Shown here one piece after another: positions 25,778 to 40,500 of a stretch of DNA of 64,000 bases. Position numbers and translations under genes: made by a program. How positions within the stretch are numbered: position 1 is the stretch's first letter; each line of letters starts with the position of its first letter. The stretch lies in the NCBI GenBank assembly GCA_964016885.1, contig OZ024740.1:88102001-88166000 (forward strand), given 5' to 3'. Under the pieces are notes generated by a model. It did not search any database and was not told the origin of the DNA. It was given only the letters and a program-made list of their open reading frames with translations. Source of the stretch: Eledone cirrhosa. Lineage: Eukaryota.

Positions 25778-25934
25778 CAGGCATGGGCCTTTTTCGAGCA
25801 GTAGGCCGCATAGGATGTAGCTTATCATATGGCAGGCCGCACTACTAAAACATTCAAGGCAACTTTGGAACTAGGCCATTCGGAAAGACAAACGGGCCGC
25901 ATGCGGCTCATGGGCCACAGTTTGTCCATGACTG
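25778..25934. mobile_element. hAT (Charlie-like) MITE, 157 bp
   Basis: Termini CAGGCATGGGC ... GTCCATGACTG, internal gggccgcatgcggc motif, and an 8-bp TSD cagtaaat / cattaaat (7/8). Confidence 0.8.
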
Positions 25935-27249
25935 CATTAAATTGTCTCTGGCCGCAAGTACACTGTTTTCTTCTCGAGTTTGTGATTTCATGGAAGAGGT
26001 ATGAGAATTCTAGTATTTTTTGCATTGTCAGTTTAGAATTTATCATTACAATTATAAAATTCCCTTTGCAAGGAAAATCTCTCAACAAATCGTAAAGCGC
26101 TTTCCGATTATATCTAGTATATCAGAATATACATTGAATAATCTCTGTTTCTTCAAGACTATTTATTTGAAATAATGTTTAATAAATAGTTCGCCTTTTA
26201 AAAAAAATATTTTGATTGTAATTTGTGTTAGTTTAAGAAATCATTATATTTAATTCTATTTAAAATATTTTCGTCTATACTTTTGGAATGAAAAATGATT
26301 GATTTATCTTAACTTTCTCCTGTGTAATGATTGACCAATTATTAATAAATCAATAATATTATAATATCAATATGTTGTCATATCGTATACTTTAAATATA
26401 TAGATTATTTAAGTAACAATTTAATTATTTGTTGTTACAAATAGTTAATCTTTTACTTGAACCTGTAATTTTAATCCAGCAGCATTAAATTCCGGTATTG
26501 GAGATGTCGGTATTTTAACACCTTTAAGTCTCTACATACTCTCTGTATACCCACAGACACACTGACACACATACGTGCGCGCACACACACACACGCACAC
26601 ATATATGTATATTTGAACCTATGTGTTTATGTGTGCGTGTATGCGTGTTCTTTGTGTGTTTGTTGTCTTCTGTAGAACATTTGACCTTGTACTGAACATT
26701 ACTTATACAGAAGAATAAGCTAAGTGGGTGAGGAGTCAAGAAGAAACTAAAAATGCAAGAAGAAGAGCAAAATCATGACATGGTTTCGTGGTGTGAAGTT
26801 TTTCTTCAACAGTAAATGCAATGAAAATGAATGTTGACCAGCCTCCAAATGTATCAGACGGAGAATTAAACATATTCCAACTGATTTTCAATGAGGCAGA
26901 AATAATAGAACTTTGAATATTGTAGAACAGTAGAAACACATCAACCTCTATTTCAAAAGCAATTCCGCATCACGATCTAGGTTTTTTGATAAAATGACAA
27001 AAGATGGAAATTTACCAGAAGCCTGCGGATAGTAATGTTTACATTAGACTTGAAATATTTTCAAAATAATGAAGAGCTATAGAAATCTTTTAACATATAG
27101 GAAGCATCATTGACATAGAACTTCATGCTCAAATTACAATTACATCAAATTGCATTAGAAAAAGAAAAATGGTGAGATATTCTCTAGTGAGTACTCCATT
27201 GCATAACATTTAACGACACAAAACCTTACATTGTGTGGTGACAAAGATT

Positions 27250-28700
27250 CCTATAGACAGGAAGAAGAAAACGATTTGGGAACTTTCAGTGGGTTACTAA
27301 AATTGTTTGCTTGCATCATGAAAGCACACCCCAGTAATGGGGAAAGAAACCCTAAACGCATATTATAGTTCTCTCTGTTAGAGGGGACTCGAAGTGTTTT
27401 CAAATACATTGTAGTGAAGACTTCTACTTTAGTCACCAATTGCCATTTAGCATTCATTGATAAGGCCAAATAGTTTGGCCTCATGCTTGATTCTACACAA
27501 GATCAAACACATCGAGAGCAAATAGGGGAAATATTTCATTATATTGATATTGATTTGGGGGAGAAAAGGATTTTTATGAAAAAGATTTCCGAATACAATT
27601 TTAATAAAGGATACCGAAAACATGATGGAAGTAATTTTGGATCAACTTGTAAAAAATAAAATGCCGTTAGAAGACTGTCAATTGCAATGTTTCGCAATTA
27701 TGGCTAGTTATAAAAGCGGTGCTGCAATAATCATTCTCCCATTTTTGTAAACTGCGATTCATTCAATTTTGATAGAGCGCATGCTGCTAATCATGATGTA
27801 TTGATGACGCATTTTTTCGATGAAATTCAGTCCCTTTCTTCCTTAATTTTCTGCTCATTACTCTGTTGTCAAAAAGTGAGTATCTAAAGCTTGATGGAGT
27901 TCCAGAACAGATTGTGAAACCGGCTCATGGACACTTTGATATAACTATGGAACCTTTGCAAAGTATGGTCAATGGGCAAAATGGAACTTGAAATAATTAG
28001 GAAGGCGCTGAACGAAATTATAATTTTAAAGATTTTGATTTTGCTTAGACTTTGAAATGAAATTCATATTCGTATTCACCGCATCCGAAGACGACTCGAA
28101 TACCATACGAACATTCTTTATAATGATACCTATGATTTAAAAAGACTTTCAGGTGAGGATCGGTGATCAGTGAAACACTTGAAGTAAAGCTGAAAAATTA
28201 TTTGATGATAATGATATCCAAGAAGATGGCCAAGAAAATATACAAAATAAAACAAATGCGTGGCAAAAAGGTGAAAGTTGCCTTTAAGGCAACTAAGAAC
28301 GAATGAAATGTACTATAATGAAATGGAAGAATCATTTGCTGATATCGTTGAGGTTTTATAATTAAATGAGAAACTAAGTATAAACGGGGAAGAACTATTT
28401 GATGAAATACTATGAATCGCTTTCAAATACTCCTCTCAAGTAGTAATTGATATACCATTAAATATATATATATATAATGATATTAAAAGTGCAAATGTTT
28501 ACGAAATGGTGTCATTTGTGTTTTCAATTTCTAGAACTTGGGAATACTCTGAACGTGTTTTTAGTAATGGATTCTAATTGAAGAAACGAAAGAAATAGAT
28601 GTTCGGTTGAACTTATCAAGTGAGGACCTTTGATATTTTTCAAGCTAGATAATTATTTAGAATTCTCAGAGAAAATAAAATGTGACACCTTTTTGTACGA
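27250..28700 (+). mobile_element. Decayed hAT transposase remnant(s)
   Basis: FGLMLDSTQDQTHREQ (catalytic D region) at ~27474-27522, LEDC..Q and FVNC..S motifs at ~27668-27770, and a dimerisation-like VFSI...SERVFS...ERNRCSVELIK at ~28510-28620 (across frameshifts). May be two different families. Confidence 0.6.
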
Positions 28701-29329
28701 AAGAAGCCAATAAAAATATAATTTAAAAATTAAAAAGTACTTAAATGTTGAAAGTTTACTATATTATTGAAATATTCAATAAATAATTATAGAAATATGA
28801 AAATAAAAAATTATTGAATATCTTTCATTTTTAACTATTTTGTTTATATTCTAATTTCTAAAATAAGTCCTAGGTGTGTAAGGAATTACAATTATAATGT
28901 TATGTACTGAGATTTAGCTCCTCTCATCCTACGATGTCCGCATGTACTAGGAGAGAATTTACTTTCCGTTGAAATTTCATCCTTCGATCAGCATTCAAGT
29001 CATGAAAATTTCGTCTTCTCTTCTGGCACATTATATCCGAATAATTATATATTAAATAATCAATTTAAAGACGTTAGTGTAGAATGTGAGGAAGATTTGG
29101 CTAAACATCCATGTAAATAGAAATAGCTCGTTAGTTAGCTAAATGGATAGAGAAAGTGAGATAGAGAGAGAGAGATAGAGAGAAAGATAGAGAGTGCATA
29201 ATCTCCCTCGCTATCTTAGGTTCATATAATTAAATAGCAGTAATGTTAATGTGAAAGTCGTATGCAAATTATTTGTTAGATTTAGGCCATTCGACCGGGC
29301 CCTTATTGTGAGTCTTACATGTTTGTTAC

Positions 29330-29695
29330 TAGGCAGGACCAACACAGCAAGAATGTATATTTCGTGGCTTTTTTCTATACATTGTTTTCGTTATTACCAC
29401 AGGAAGTGCTTTGATGAATTATTCTTTTGATTCCAGGTCACTTTGTGACATTTCACCAAACACGAAACTCACAGCGTCTTCATCCGGATGCTGCTCTGGT
29501 TCTATGAACAAGGAAGTATTCTATGGTTGTAGCTGTTTGTTTCGAAATGCCAGACTTTAGAAGTCTCTTCCATCTCTTTGTTTCCCTCCTTCTCATGACC
29601 TGAACGCTTTCAAGTCTAAAGTAAATCCATTCTTTTCGACTTAATTTCTTCGTAGTCTCTTTCACTAAGTGGCTTCACGCCTTGTTTGGGACTTT
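29330..29695 (+). mobile_element. 3' remnant of a CR1/L2-group LINE
   Basis: FRYYHRKCFDEL ... SLPSLCFPPSHDLNAFKSKVN resembles the conserved C-terminus of CR1/L2-group ORF2, followed by a short 3' UTR. Confidence 0.55.
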
Positions 29696-31519
29696 CAAGG
29701 AAAACCAAATACGTGCAATACAAGGTAAGCAGTTTTAATACATAATTCCAAGATTTGTAACTAGTTGAATGAGCTATCAAACAACTCACATTATGCAGCT
29801 AATTGCATACAACAGAGCAGACAGATATTACACTGTAAGCAATAGGTTTCTGACACATAAATCCATTTACGGTGATCTGATAACTACAATTGCTTAGATT
29901 TAATAGTTTTAAAGTATTTGAAAAGCCCAAAGTGGTATTTGGTTTTGTAATGTTATCTCGTTGGTTAATTAAAAATCCTTATCATTCACCATTGCGGCCG
30001 TTGTAAAACATTTTTCAAGTTTTGTAAATGACAAGCTTTGTATTCTTTAAAACAAAAATAATATATTAGTGGATCACTGAAGAGGACAAGAGCTGTAAGG
30101 GAAAAGGAAAACTTAGTAAATTGTAAAAGTTATAGGCTTAGTTCATTCCTATTGCAACCACTATTTCTCCTGATCTAGAGACAGCATTAACACATTTCAA
30201 TTCTATCAAGCTCTCTTTCACCTGAGCACCCGGTTCCAGATACATGAGTTTCTACTGAGTTACTTGGAAAAATGTTAGAATTTGTGGGTTTAAGTAAGGA
30301 TGGTAATGCGATTTCAGATCACAATTATAAAAAAAGAAGGTGTACTGCTCTGATAGTTGACTATGTTGAAAATGGTTCTACAAAATGCCAAAATCATGAT
30401 TGTGACCTTTTGAACTCTGGCCATGTGTATGAGGAAAGGGATAAATTAAATCGAATTAAAAATAACTGGAGAGGAATTAACATAGGTATTATTCCATTAA
30501 TATCAATAACCTCCACCCAGTGCATAACACGAACTATATTGACCCTCTAGAGGTTGTTTATATCGTTTTCTATGTTATCTATTCTTCAAAAATCGCCTTT
30601 TGCTATATCAGGACTCAATGATTGGAAATACAGCAATTTTGATGTAGAACACAAAATGGCATTCTTGGCGTTCTAGAACTATTAAATGAGTTAAACTATC
30701 TTCTTGAGGAACAAGTAAATGTGAATAAACGTCGAAAAGTGGAACCCACCATATCCATCACCAAACATTTGCGAATAATTTATTGAAATAAGGGGACAAC
30801 AAGTATTTTGTGCAATTCTAGAAGAAACCATATAGCTAAAGTGTTAATCAGCTAATATTGATTTCATTCTGGACATCTAGCACTTACTGATCTGATGTTT
30901 ACTGTCATGTACATTGGTGGGAATTCGCCGCTAGGACATTGTTTGAAACCAGAAAAGTGTAGCAGATGACATGGATTAGAAGAAGAATGCAAGATGTGAG
31001 GCAAAAATATTGAGTAAAAAATGAAGAAGCTAGAGACTATCATTTTGACAACTTTTCAGAATACCATTCAGGGAAGAGCTAACTAATAAAAAAAAACAAC
31101 TGAAGTCTATACAAATTTGAAATCCATAAAAGTATTCCTTAAACAAATGAGGTCCTGAACCAGTGAATAAAAAGCGATGGCTAAAGGCTAGTATCCAGAT
31201 TCAAACGTGTAAGAAGTTCAGTGGCACACAAACCTCTTGACAAAAGTGAAACATTAAAGACTGAAACATACGAACTAAACATGCAGATATCTGCTCAAAA
31301 TGTTGGTATACCGTTTTTCTACTCCCACCTAATAGAAACATTTGACTATAATGAACATAGTCAAAGGTGTGAAGAATTGACTAAAGCTATATCGTTAATG
31401 TATTTATGACAATTGATTACACAAATAAAGATGAAGACGCACACACACATACATACACGCGTACGCAAACACACATGCAAAGCTTTATAAATAAATTGAA
31501 ATATTATGTAAAAGAATTA

Positions 31520-34500
31520 TAACACGATAACATGTAGTGGTAGAAAAAATACTGACAGTAACAACAAGGATAACCCGATAATATAGTCACATGTTGTGGT
31601 AGAATTACCACTGACAGTAACAGTAACAGTAACACAGTCACATGCTGCCGTAGAAGTAATAGTGTTAGTAACAACAGTAACACAGTGACATGTTGTGGTA
31701 GAGATAACGGTGTCAGTAACACCAGTAATACGATGACATGTTGTGGTAGAAGTATGACAGTAACAACAACACTGACACAGCAACATGCTGTGGTAGGGAT
31801 AACGGTGTCAGTAACACCAGTAATACAATGACATGTTGTGGTAGAAGTATGACAGTAACAACTAAAAACACTGACACAGCAACATGTTGTGGTAGAGATT
31901 ACAGTGTCAGTAACACCAGTAATACAATGACATGTTGTGGTAGAAGTATGACAGTAACAAGAACAACACTGACACAGCAACATGTTGTGGTAGAGTTAAC
32001 AGTGTCAGTAACACCAGTAATACAATGACATGTTGTGGTAGAAGTATGACAGTAACAACTAAAAACACTGACACAGCAACATGTTGTGGTAGAGATTACA
32101 GTGTCAGTAACACCAGTAATACAATGACATGTTGTGGTAGAAGTATGACAGTAACAACAACACTGACACAGCAACATGTTGTGGTAGAGATAACAGTGTC
32201 AGTAACACCAGTAATACAATGACATGTTGTGGTAGAAGTATGACAGTAACAACAACAACACTGACACAGCAACATGCTGTGGTAGAGATAATAGTGTCAG
32301 TAACACCAGTAATACAATGACATGTTGTGGTAGAAGTATGACAGTAACAACAACACTGACACAGCAACATGTTGTGGTAGAGATAACAGAGTCAGTAACA
32401 TCAGTAATACAATGACATGTTGTGGTAGAAGTATGACAGTAAGAACAACAACACTGACACAGCAACATGCTGTGGTAGAGATAACAGTGTCAGTAATACC
32501 AGTAATACAATGACATGTTGTGGTAGAAGTATGACAGTAACAACAACAACACTGACACAGCAACATGTTGTGGTAGAGATAACAGTGTCAGTAACACCAG
32601 TAATACAATGACATGTTGTGGTAGAAGTATGACAGTAACAACAACACTGACACAGCAACATGTTGTGGTAGAGATTACAGTGTCAGTAACACCAGTAATA
32701 CAATGACATGTTGTGGTAGAAGTATGACAGTAACAACAACAACACTGACACATCAACATGCTGTGGTAGAAGTAACAGTGTCAGTAACACCAGTAATACA
32801 ATGACATGTTGTGGTAGAAGTATGACAGTAACAACAACAACACTGACACAACAACATGTTGTGGTAGAGATTACAGCGTCAGTAACACCAGTAATACAAT
32901 GACTTGTTTTGGTAGAAGTATGACAGTAACAACAACAACACTGACACAGCAACATGTTGTGGTAGAGAGAACGGTGTCAGTAACACCAGTAATACAATGA
33001 CATGTTGTGATAGAAGTATGACAGTAACAACAACACAGACACAGCAACATGCTGTGGTAGAAATAACAGGGGCAGTAACACCAGTAATACAATGACATGT
33101 TGTGGTAGAAGTATGACAGTAACAACAACAACACTGACACAGCAACATGTTGTGGTAGAGATAACAGAGTCAGTAACACCAGTAATACAATGACATGTTG
33201 TGATAGAAGTATGACAGTATCAACAACACTGACACAGCAACATGTTGTGGTAGAGATAACAGAGTCAGTAACACCAGTAATACAATGACATGTTGTGGTA
33301 GAAGTATGACAGTAACAACAACAACACTGACACAGCAACATGTTGTGGTAGAGATAACGGTGTCAGTAACACCAGTAATACAATGACATGTTGTGATAGA
33401 AGTATGACAGTAACAACAACACAGACACAGCAACATGCTGTGGTAGAAATAACAGGGGCAGTAACACCAGTAATACAATGACATGTTGTGGTAGAAGTAT
33501 GACAGTAACAACAACAACACTGACACAGCAACATGCTGTGGTAAAGATAATAGTGTCAGTAACACCAGTAATACAATGACATGTTGTGGTAGAAGTATGA
33601 CAGTAACAACAACACTGACACAGCAACATGTTGTGGTAGAGATAACAGTGTCAGTAACACCAGTAATACAATGACATGTTGTGGTAGAAGTATGACAGTA
33701 ACAACAACACTGACACAGCAACATGTTGTGGTAGAGATAACAGTGTCAGTAACACCAGTAATACAATGACATGTTGTGGTAGAAGTATGACAGTAACAAC
33801 AACAACACTGACACAGCAACAGGCTGTGGTAGAGATAATAGTGTCAGTAACACCAGTAATACAATGACATGTTGTGGTAGAAGTATGACAGTAACAACAA
33901 CAATACTGACACAACAACATGCTGTAGTAGAAATAACGGTGTCAGTAACACCAGTAATACGATGACATGTTGTGGTAGAAGTATGACAGTAACAACAACA
34001 ACACTGACACAGCAACAGGCTGTGGTAGAGATAACAGTGTCAGTAACACCAGTAATATAATGACATGTTGTGGTAGAAGTATGACAGTAACAGCAACAAC
34101 ACTGACACAGCAACATGTTGTGGTAGAGATAACAGTGTCAGTAACACCAGTAATACAATGACATGTTGTGGTAGAAGAATGACAGTAACAACAACAACAC
34201 TGACACAGCAACATGTGGTAGAGATAACTGTGTCAGTAACACCAGTAATACAATGACATGTTGTGGTAGAAGTATGACAGTAACAACAACAACACTGATA
34301 CAGCAACATGTTGTGGTAGAGATTACAGTGTCAGTAACACCAGTAATACAATGACATGTTGTGGTAGAAGTATGACAGTAACAACAACAACACTGACACA
34401 GCAACATGTTGTGGTAGAGATTACAGTGTCAGTAACACCAGTAATACAATGACATGTTGTGGTAGAAGTATGACAGTAACAACAACAACACTGACACAGC

Positions 34501-37500
34501 AACATGTCGTTGTAGGGATTACAGTGTCAGTAACACCAGTAATACAATGACATGTTGTGGTAGAAGTATGAGAGTAACAACAACAACACTGACACGGCAA
34601 CATGTGGTAGAGATAACTGTGTCAGTAACACCAGTAATACAATGACATGTTGTGGTAGAAGTATGACAGTAACAACAACAACACTGACACAGCAACATGT
34701 CGTGGTAGAGATTACAGTGTCAGTAACACCAGTAATACAATGATATGTTGTGGTAGAAGTATGACAGTAACAACAACAACACTGACACAGCAACATGCTG
34801 TGGTAGAAATAACGGTGTCAGTAACACCAGTAATACAATGACATGTTGTGGTAGAAGTATGACAGTAACAACAACACTGACACAGCAACATGCTGTGGTA
34901 GAGATAATAGTGTCAGTAACACCAGTAATACAATGACATGTTGTGGTAGAAGTATGACAGTGACAACAACACTGACACAGCAACAAGTTGTGGTAGAGAT
35001 TACAGTGTCAGTAACACCAGTAATGCAATGACATGTTGTGGTAGAAGTATGACAATAACAACAACAACACTGACACAGCAACATGCTGTGGTAGAGATTA
35101 CAGTGTCAGTAACACCAGTAATAGAATGACATGTTGTGGTAGAAGTATGACAGTAACAACAACAACCCTGACACAGCAACATGTTGTGGTAGAAATAACA
35201 CTGTCAGTAACACCAGTAATACAATGACATGTTGTGGTAGAAGTATGACAGTAACAACAACAACACTGACACAGCAACATGCTGTGGTAGAGATAACTGT
35301 GTAAGTAACACCAGTAATACAATGACATGTTGTGGTAGAAGTATGAGAGTAACAACAACAACACTGACACAGCTACATGCTGTGGTAGAAATAACAGTGG
35401 CAGTAACACCAGTAATACAATGACATGTTGTGGTAGAATTATGACAGTAACAACAACACTGACACAGCAACATGCTGTGGTAGAGATAACAGTGTCAGTA
35501 ACACCAGTAATACAATGACATGTTGTGGTAGAAGTATGACAGTAACAACAACACTGACACAGCAACATGTTGTGGTAGAGATAACGGTGTCACTAACACC
35601 AGTAATACAATGGCATGTTGTGGTAGAAGTATGACAGTAACAACAACACTGACACAGCAACATGTTGTGGTAGAGATAACGGTGTCAGTAACACCAGTAA
35701 TACAATGACATGTTGTGGTAGAAGTACGACAGTAACAACAACAACACTGACACAGCAACATGTTGTGGTAGAGATAACAGTGCCAGTAACACCAGTAATA
35801 CAATGACATGTTGTGGTAGAAGTATGACAGTAACAACAACAACACTGACACAGCAACATGTTGTGGTAGAGATTACAGTGTCAGTAACGCCAGTAATGCA
35901 ATGATATGTTGCGGTAGATGTATGACAGTATCAACAACAACACTGACACATCAACATGTTGTGGTAGAGATAACAGAGTCAGTAACACCAGTAATACAAT
36001 GACATGTTGTGGTAGAAGTATGACAGTAACAACAACAGGACTGACACAGCAACATGTTGTGGTAGAGATAACAGTGGCAGTAACACCAGTAATACAATGA
36101 CATGTTGTGGTAGAAGTATGAGAGTAACAACAACAACACTGACACAGCAACATGTTGTGGTAGAGATAACAGTATCAGTAACACCAGTAATACAATGAAA
36201 TGTTGTGGTAGAAGTATGACAGTAACAACAACAACACTGACACAGCAACATGCTGTGGTAGAGAATCCAGTGTCAGTAACACCAGTAATACAATGACATG
36301 TTGTGGTAGAAGTATGACAGTAACAACAACAACACTGACACAGCAACATGTGGTAGAGATAACGGTGTCAGTAACACCAGTAATACAATGACATGTTGTG
36401 GTAGAAGTATGACAGTAACAACAATACTGACACAGCAACATGCTGTGGTAGAGATTACAGTGTCAGTAACACCAGTAATACAATGACATGTTGTGGTAGA
36501 AGTATGACAGTAACAACAACAACACTAACACATCAACATGTGGTAGAGATAACGGTGTCAGTAACACCAGTAATACAATGACATGTTGTGGTAGAAGTAT
36601 GACAGTAACAACAACACTGACACAGCAACATGTTGTGGTAGAGATAACGGTGTCATTAACACCAGTAATACAATGACATGTTGTGGTAGAAGTATGACAG
36701 TAACAACAACAACACTGGCACAGTAACATGTTGTGGTAGAGATAACAGTGGCAGTAACACCAGTAATGCAATGACATGTTGTGGTAGAAGTATGAGAGTA
36801 ACAACAACACTGACACAGCAACATGCTGTGGTAGAGATAACAGTGTCAATAACACCAGTAATACAATGACATGTTGTGATAGAAGTATGACAGTAACAAC
36901 AACACTCACACAGCAACATGCTGTGGTAGAAATAACGGTGTCAGTAACACCAGTAATACAATGATATGTTGTGGTAGAAGTATGACAGTAACAGCAACAA
37001 CACTGACACAGCAACATGTTGTGGTAGAGATAACAGTGTCAGTAACACCAGTAATACAATGACATGTTGTGGTAGAAGTATGACAGTAACAACAACAACA
37101 CTGACACAGCAACATGTGGTAGAGATTACAGTGTCAGTAACACCAGTAATACAATGACATGTTGTGGTAGAAGTATGAGAGTAACAACAACAACACTGAC
37201 ACAGCAACATGTTGTGGTAGAGATAACAGTGTCCGTAACACCAGTAATACAATGACATGTTGTGGTAGAAGTATGACAGTAACAACAACAACACTGACAC
37301 AGCAACATGTCGTGGTAGAGATTACAGTGTCAGTAACACCAGTAATACAATGACATGTTTAACACCAGTAATACAATGACATGTTGTGGTAGAAGTATGA
37401 CAGTAACAGCAACAACACTGACACAGCAACATGTTGTGGTAGAGATAACGGTGTCAGTAACACCAGTAATACAATGACATGTTGTGGTAGAAGTATGACA

Positions 37501-40500
37501 GTAACAACAACAATACTGACACAGCAACATGCTGTGGTAGAAGTATGACAGTAACAACAACACTGACACAGCAACATGCTGTGGTAGAGATAATAGTGTC
37601 AGTAACACCAGTAATACAATGACATGTTGTGGTAGAAGTATGACAGTAACAACAACAACACTGACACAGCAACATGCTGTGATAGAGATTACAGTGTCAG
37701 TAACACCAGTAATAGAATGACATGTTGTGGTAGAAGTATGACAGTAACAACAACAACCCTGACATAGCAACATGTTGTGGTAGAAATAACAGTGTCAGTA
37801 ACACCAGTAATACAATGACATGTTGTGATAGAAGTATGACAGTAACAACAACAACACTGACACAGCAACATGCTGTGGTAGAGATAACAGTGGCAGTAAC
37901 ACCAGTAATACAATGACATGTTGTGGTAGAAGTATGACAGTAACAACAACAACACTGACACAGCAACATGTTGTGGTAGAGATTACAGTGTCAGTAACAC
38001 CAGTAATACAATGACATGTTGTGGTAGAAGTATGACAGTAACAACAACAACACTGACACAGCAACATGTGGTAGAGATAACTGTGTCAGTAACACCAGTA
38101 ATACAATGACATGTTGTGGTAGAAGTATGACAGTAACAACAACAACACTGATACAGCAACATGTTGTGGTAGAGATTACAGTGTCAGTAACACCAGTAAT
38201 ACAATGACATGTTGTGGTAGAAGTATGACAGTAACAACAACAACACTGACACAGCAACATGTTGTGGTAGAGATTACAGTGTCAGTAACACCAGTAATAC
38301 AATGACATGTTGTGGTAGAAGTATGACAGTAACAACAACAACACTGACACAGCAACATGTCGTTGTAGGGATTACAGTGTCAGTAACACCAGTAATACAA
38401 TGACATGTTGTGGTAGAAGTATGAGAGTAACAACAACAACACTGACACGGCAACATGTGGTAGAGATAACTGTGTCAGTAACACCAGTAATACAATGACA
38501 TGTTGTGGTAGAAGTATGACAGTAACAACAACAACACTGACACAGCAACATGTCGTGGTAGAGATTACAGTGTCAGTAACACCAGTAATACAATGATATG
38601 TTGTGGTAGAAGTATGACAGTAACAACAACAACACTGACACAGCAACATGCTGTGGTAGAAATAACGGTGTCAGTAACACCAGTAATACAATGACATGTT
38701 GTGGTAGAAGTATGACAGTAACAACAACACTGACACAGCAACATGCTGTGGTAGAGATAATAGTGTCAGTAACACCAGTAATACAATGACATGTTGTGGT
38801 AGAAGTATGACAGTGACAACAACACTGACACAGCAACAAGTTGTGGTAGAGATTACAGTGTCAGTAACACCAGTAATGCAATGACATGTTGTGGTAGAAG
38901 TATGACAATAACAACAACAACACTGACACAGCAACATGCTGTGGTAGAGATTACAGTGTCAGTAACACCAGTAATAGAATGACATGTTGTGGTAGAAGTA
39001 TGACAGTAACAACAACAACCCTGACACAGCAACATGTTGTGGTAGAAATAACACTGTCAGTAACACCAGTAATACAATGACATGTTGTGGTAGAAGTATG
39101 ACAGTAACAACAACAACACTGACACAGCAACATGCTGTGGTAGAGATAACTGTGTAAGTAACACCAGTAATACAATGACATGTTGTGGTAGAAGTATGAG
39201 AGTAACAACAACAACACTGACACAGCTACATGCTGTGGTAGAAATAACAGTGGCAGTAACACCAGTAATACAATGACATGTTGTGGTAGAATTATGACAG
39301 TAACAACAACACTGACACAGCAACATGCTGTGGTAGAGATAACAGTGTCAGTAACACCAGTAATACAATGACATGTTGTGGTAGAAGTATGACAGTAACA
39401 ACAACACTGACACAGCAACATGTTGTGGTAGAGATAACGGTGTCACTAACACCAGTAATACAATGGCATGTTGTGGTAGAAGTATGACAGTAACAACAAC
39501 ACTGACACAGCAACATGTTGTGGTAGAGATAACGGTGTCAGTAACACCAGTAATACAATGACATGTTGTGGTAGAAGTACGACAGTAACAACAACAACAC
39601 TGACACAGCAACATGTTGTGGTAGAGATAACAGTGCCAGTAACACCAGTAATACAATGACATGTTGTGGTAGAAGTATGACAGTAACAACAACAACACTG
39701 ACACAGCAACATGTTGTGGTAGAGATTACAGTGTCAGTAACGCCAGTAATGCAATGATATGTTGCGGTAGATGTATGACAGTATCAACAACAACACTGAC
39801 ACATCAACATGTTGTGGTAGAGATAACAGAGTCAGTAACACCAGTAATACAATGACATGTTGTGGTAGAAGTATGACAGTAACAACAACAGGACTGACAC
39901 AGCAACATGTTGTGGTAGAGATAACAGTGGCAGTAACACCAGTAATACAATGACATGTTGTGGTAGAAGTATGAGAGTAACAACAACAACACTGACACAG
40001 CAACATGTTGTGGTAGAGATAACAGTATCAGTAACACCAGTAATACAATGAAATGTTGTGGTAGAAGTATGACAGTAACAACAATACTGACACAGCAACA
40101 TGCTGTGGTAGAGATTACAGTGTCAGTAACACCAGTAATACAATGACATGTTGTGGTAGAAGTATGACAGTAACAACAACAACACTAACACATCAACATG
40201 TGGTAGAGATAACGGTGTCAGTAACACCAGTAATACAATGACATGTTGTGGTAGAAGTATGACAGTAACAACAACACTGACACAGCAACATGTTGTGGTA
40301 GAGATAACGGTGTCATTAACACCAGTAATACAATGACATGTTGTGGTAGAAGTATGACAGTAACAACAACAACACTGGCACAGTAACATGTTGTGGTAGA
40401 GATAACAGTGGCAGTAACACCAGTAATGCAATGACATGTTGTGGTAGAAGTATGAGAGTAACAACAACACTGACACAGCAACATGCTGTGGTAGAGATAA

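Noticed and set aside
30250-31300. Possible Mutator-type transposase remnant
   Set aside because: Only vague motif hints; I could not assemble a convincing reading frame.
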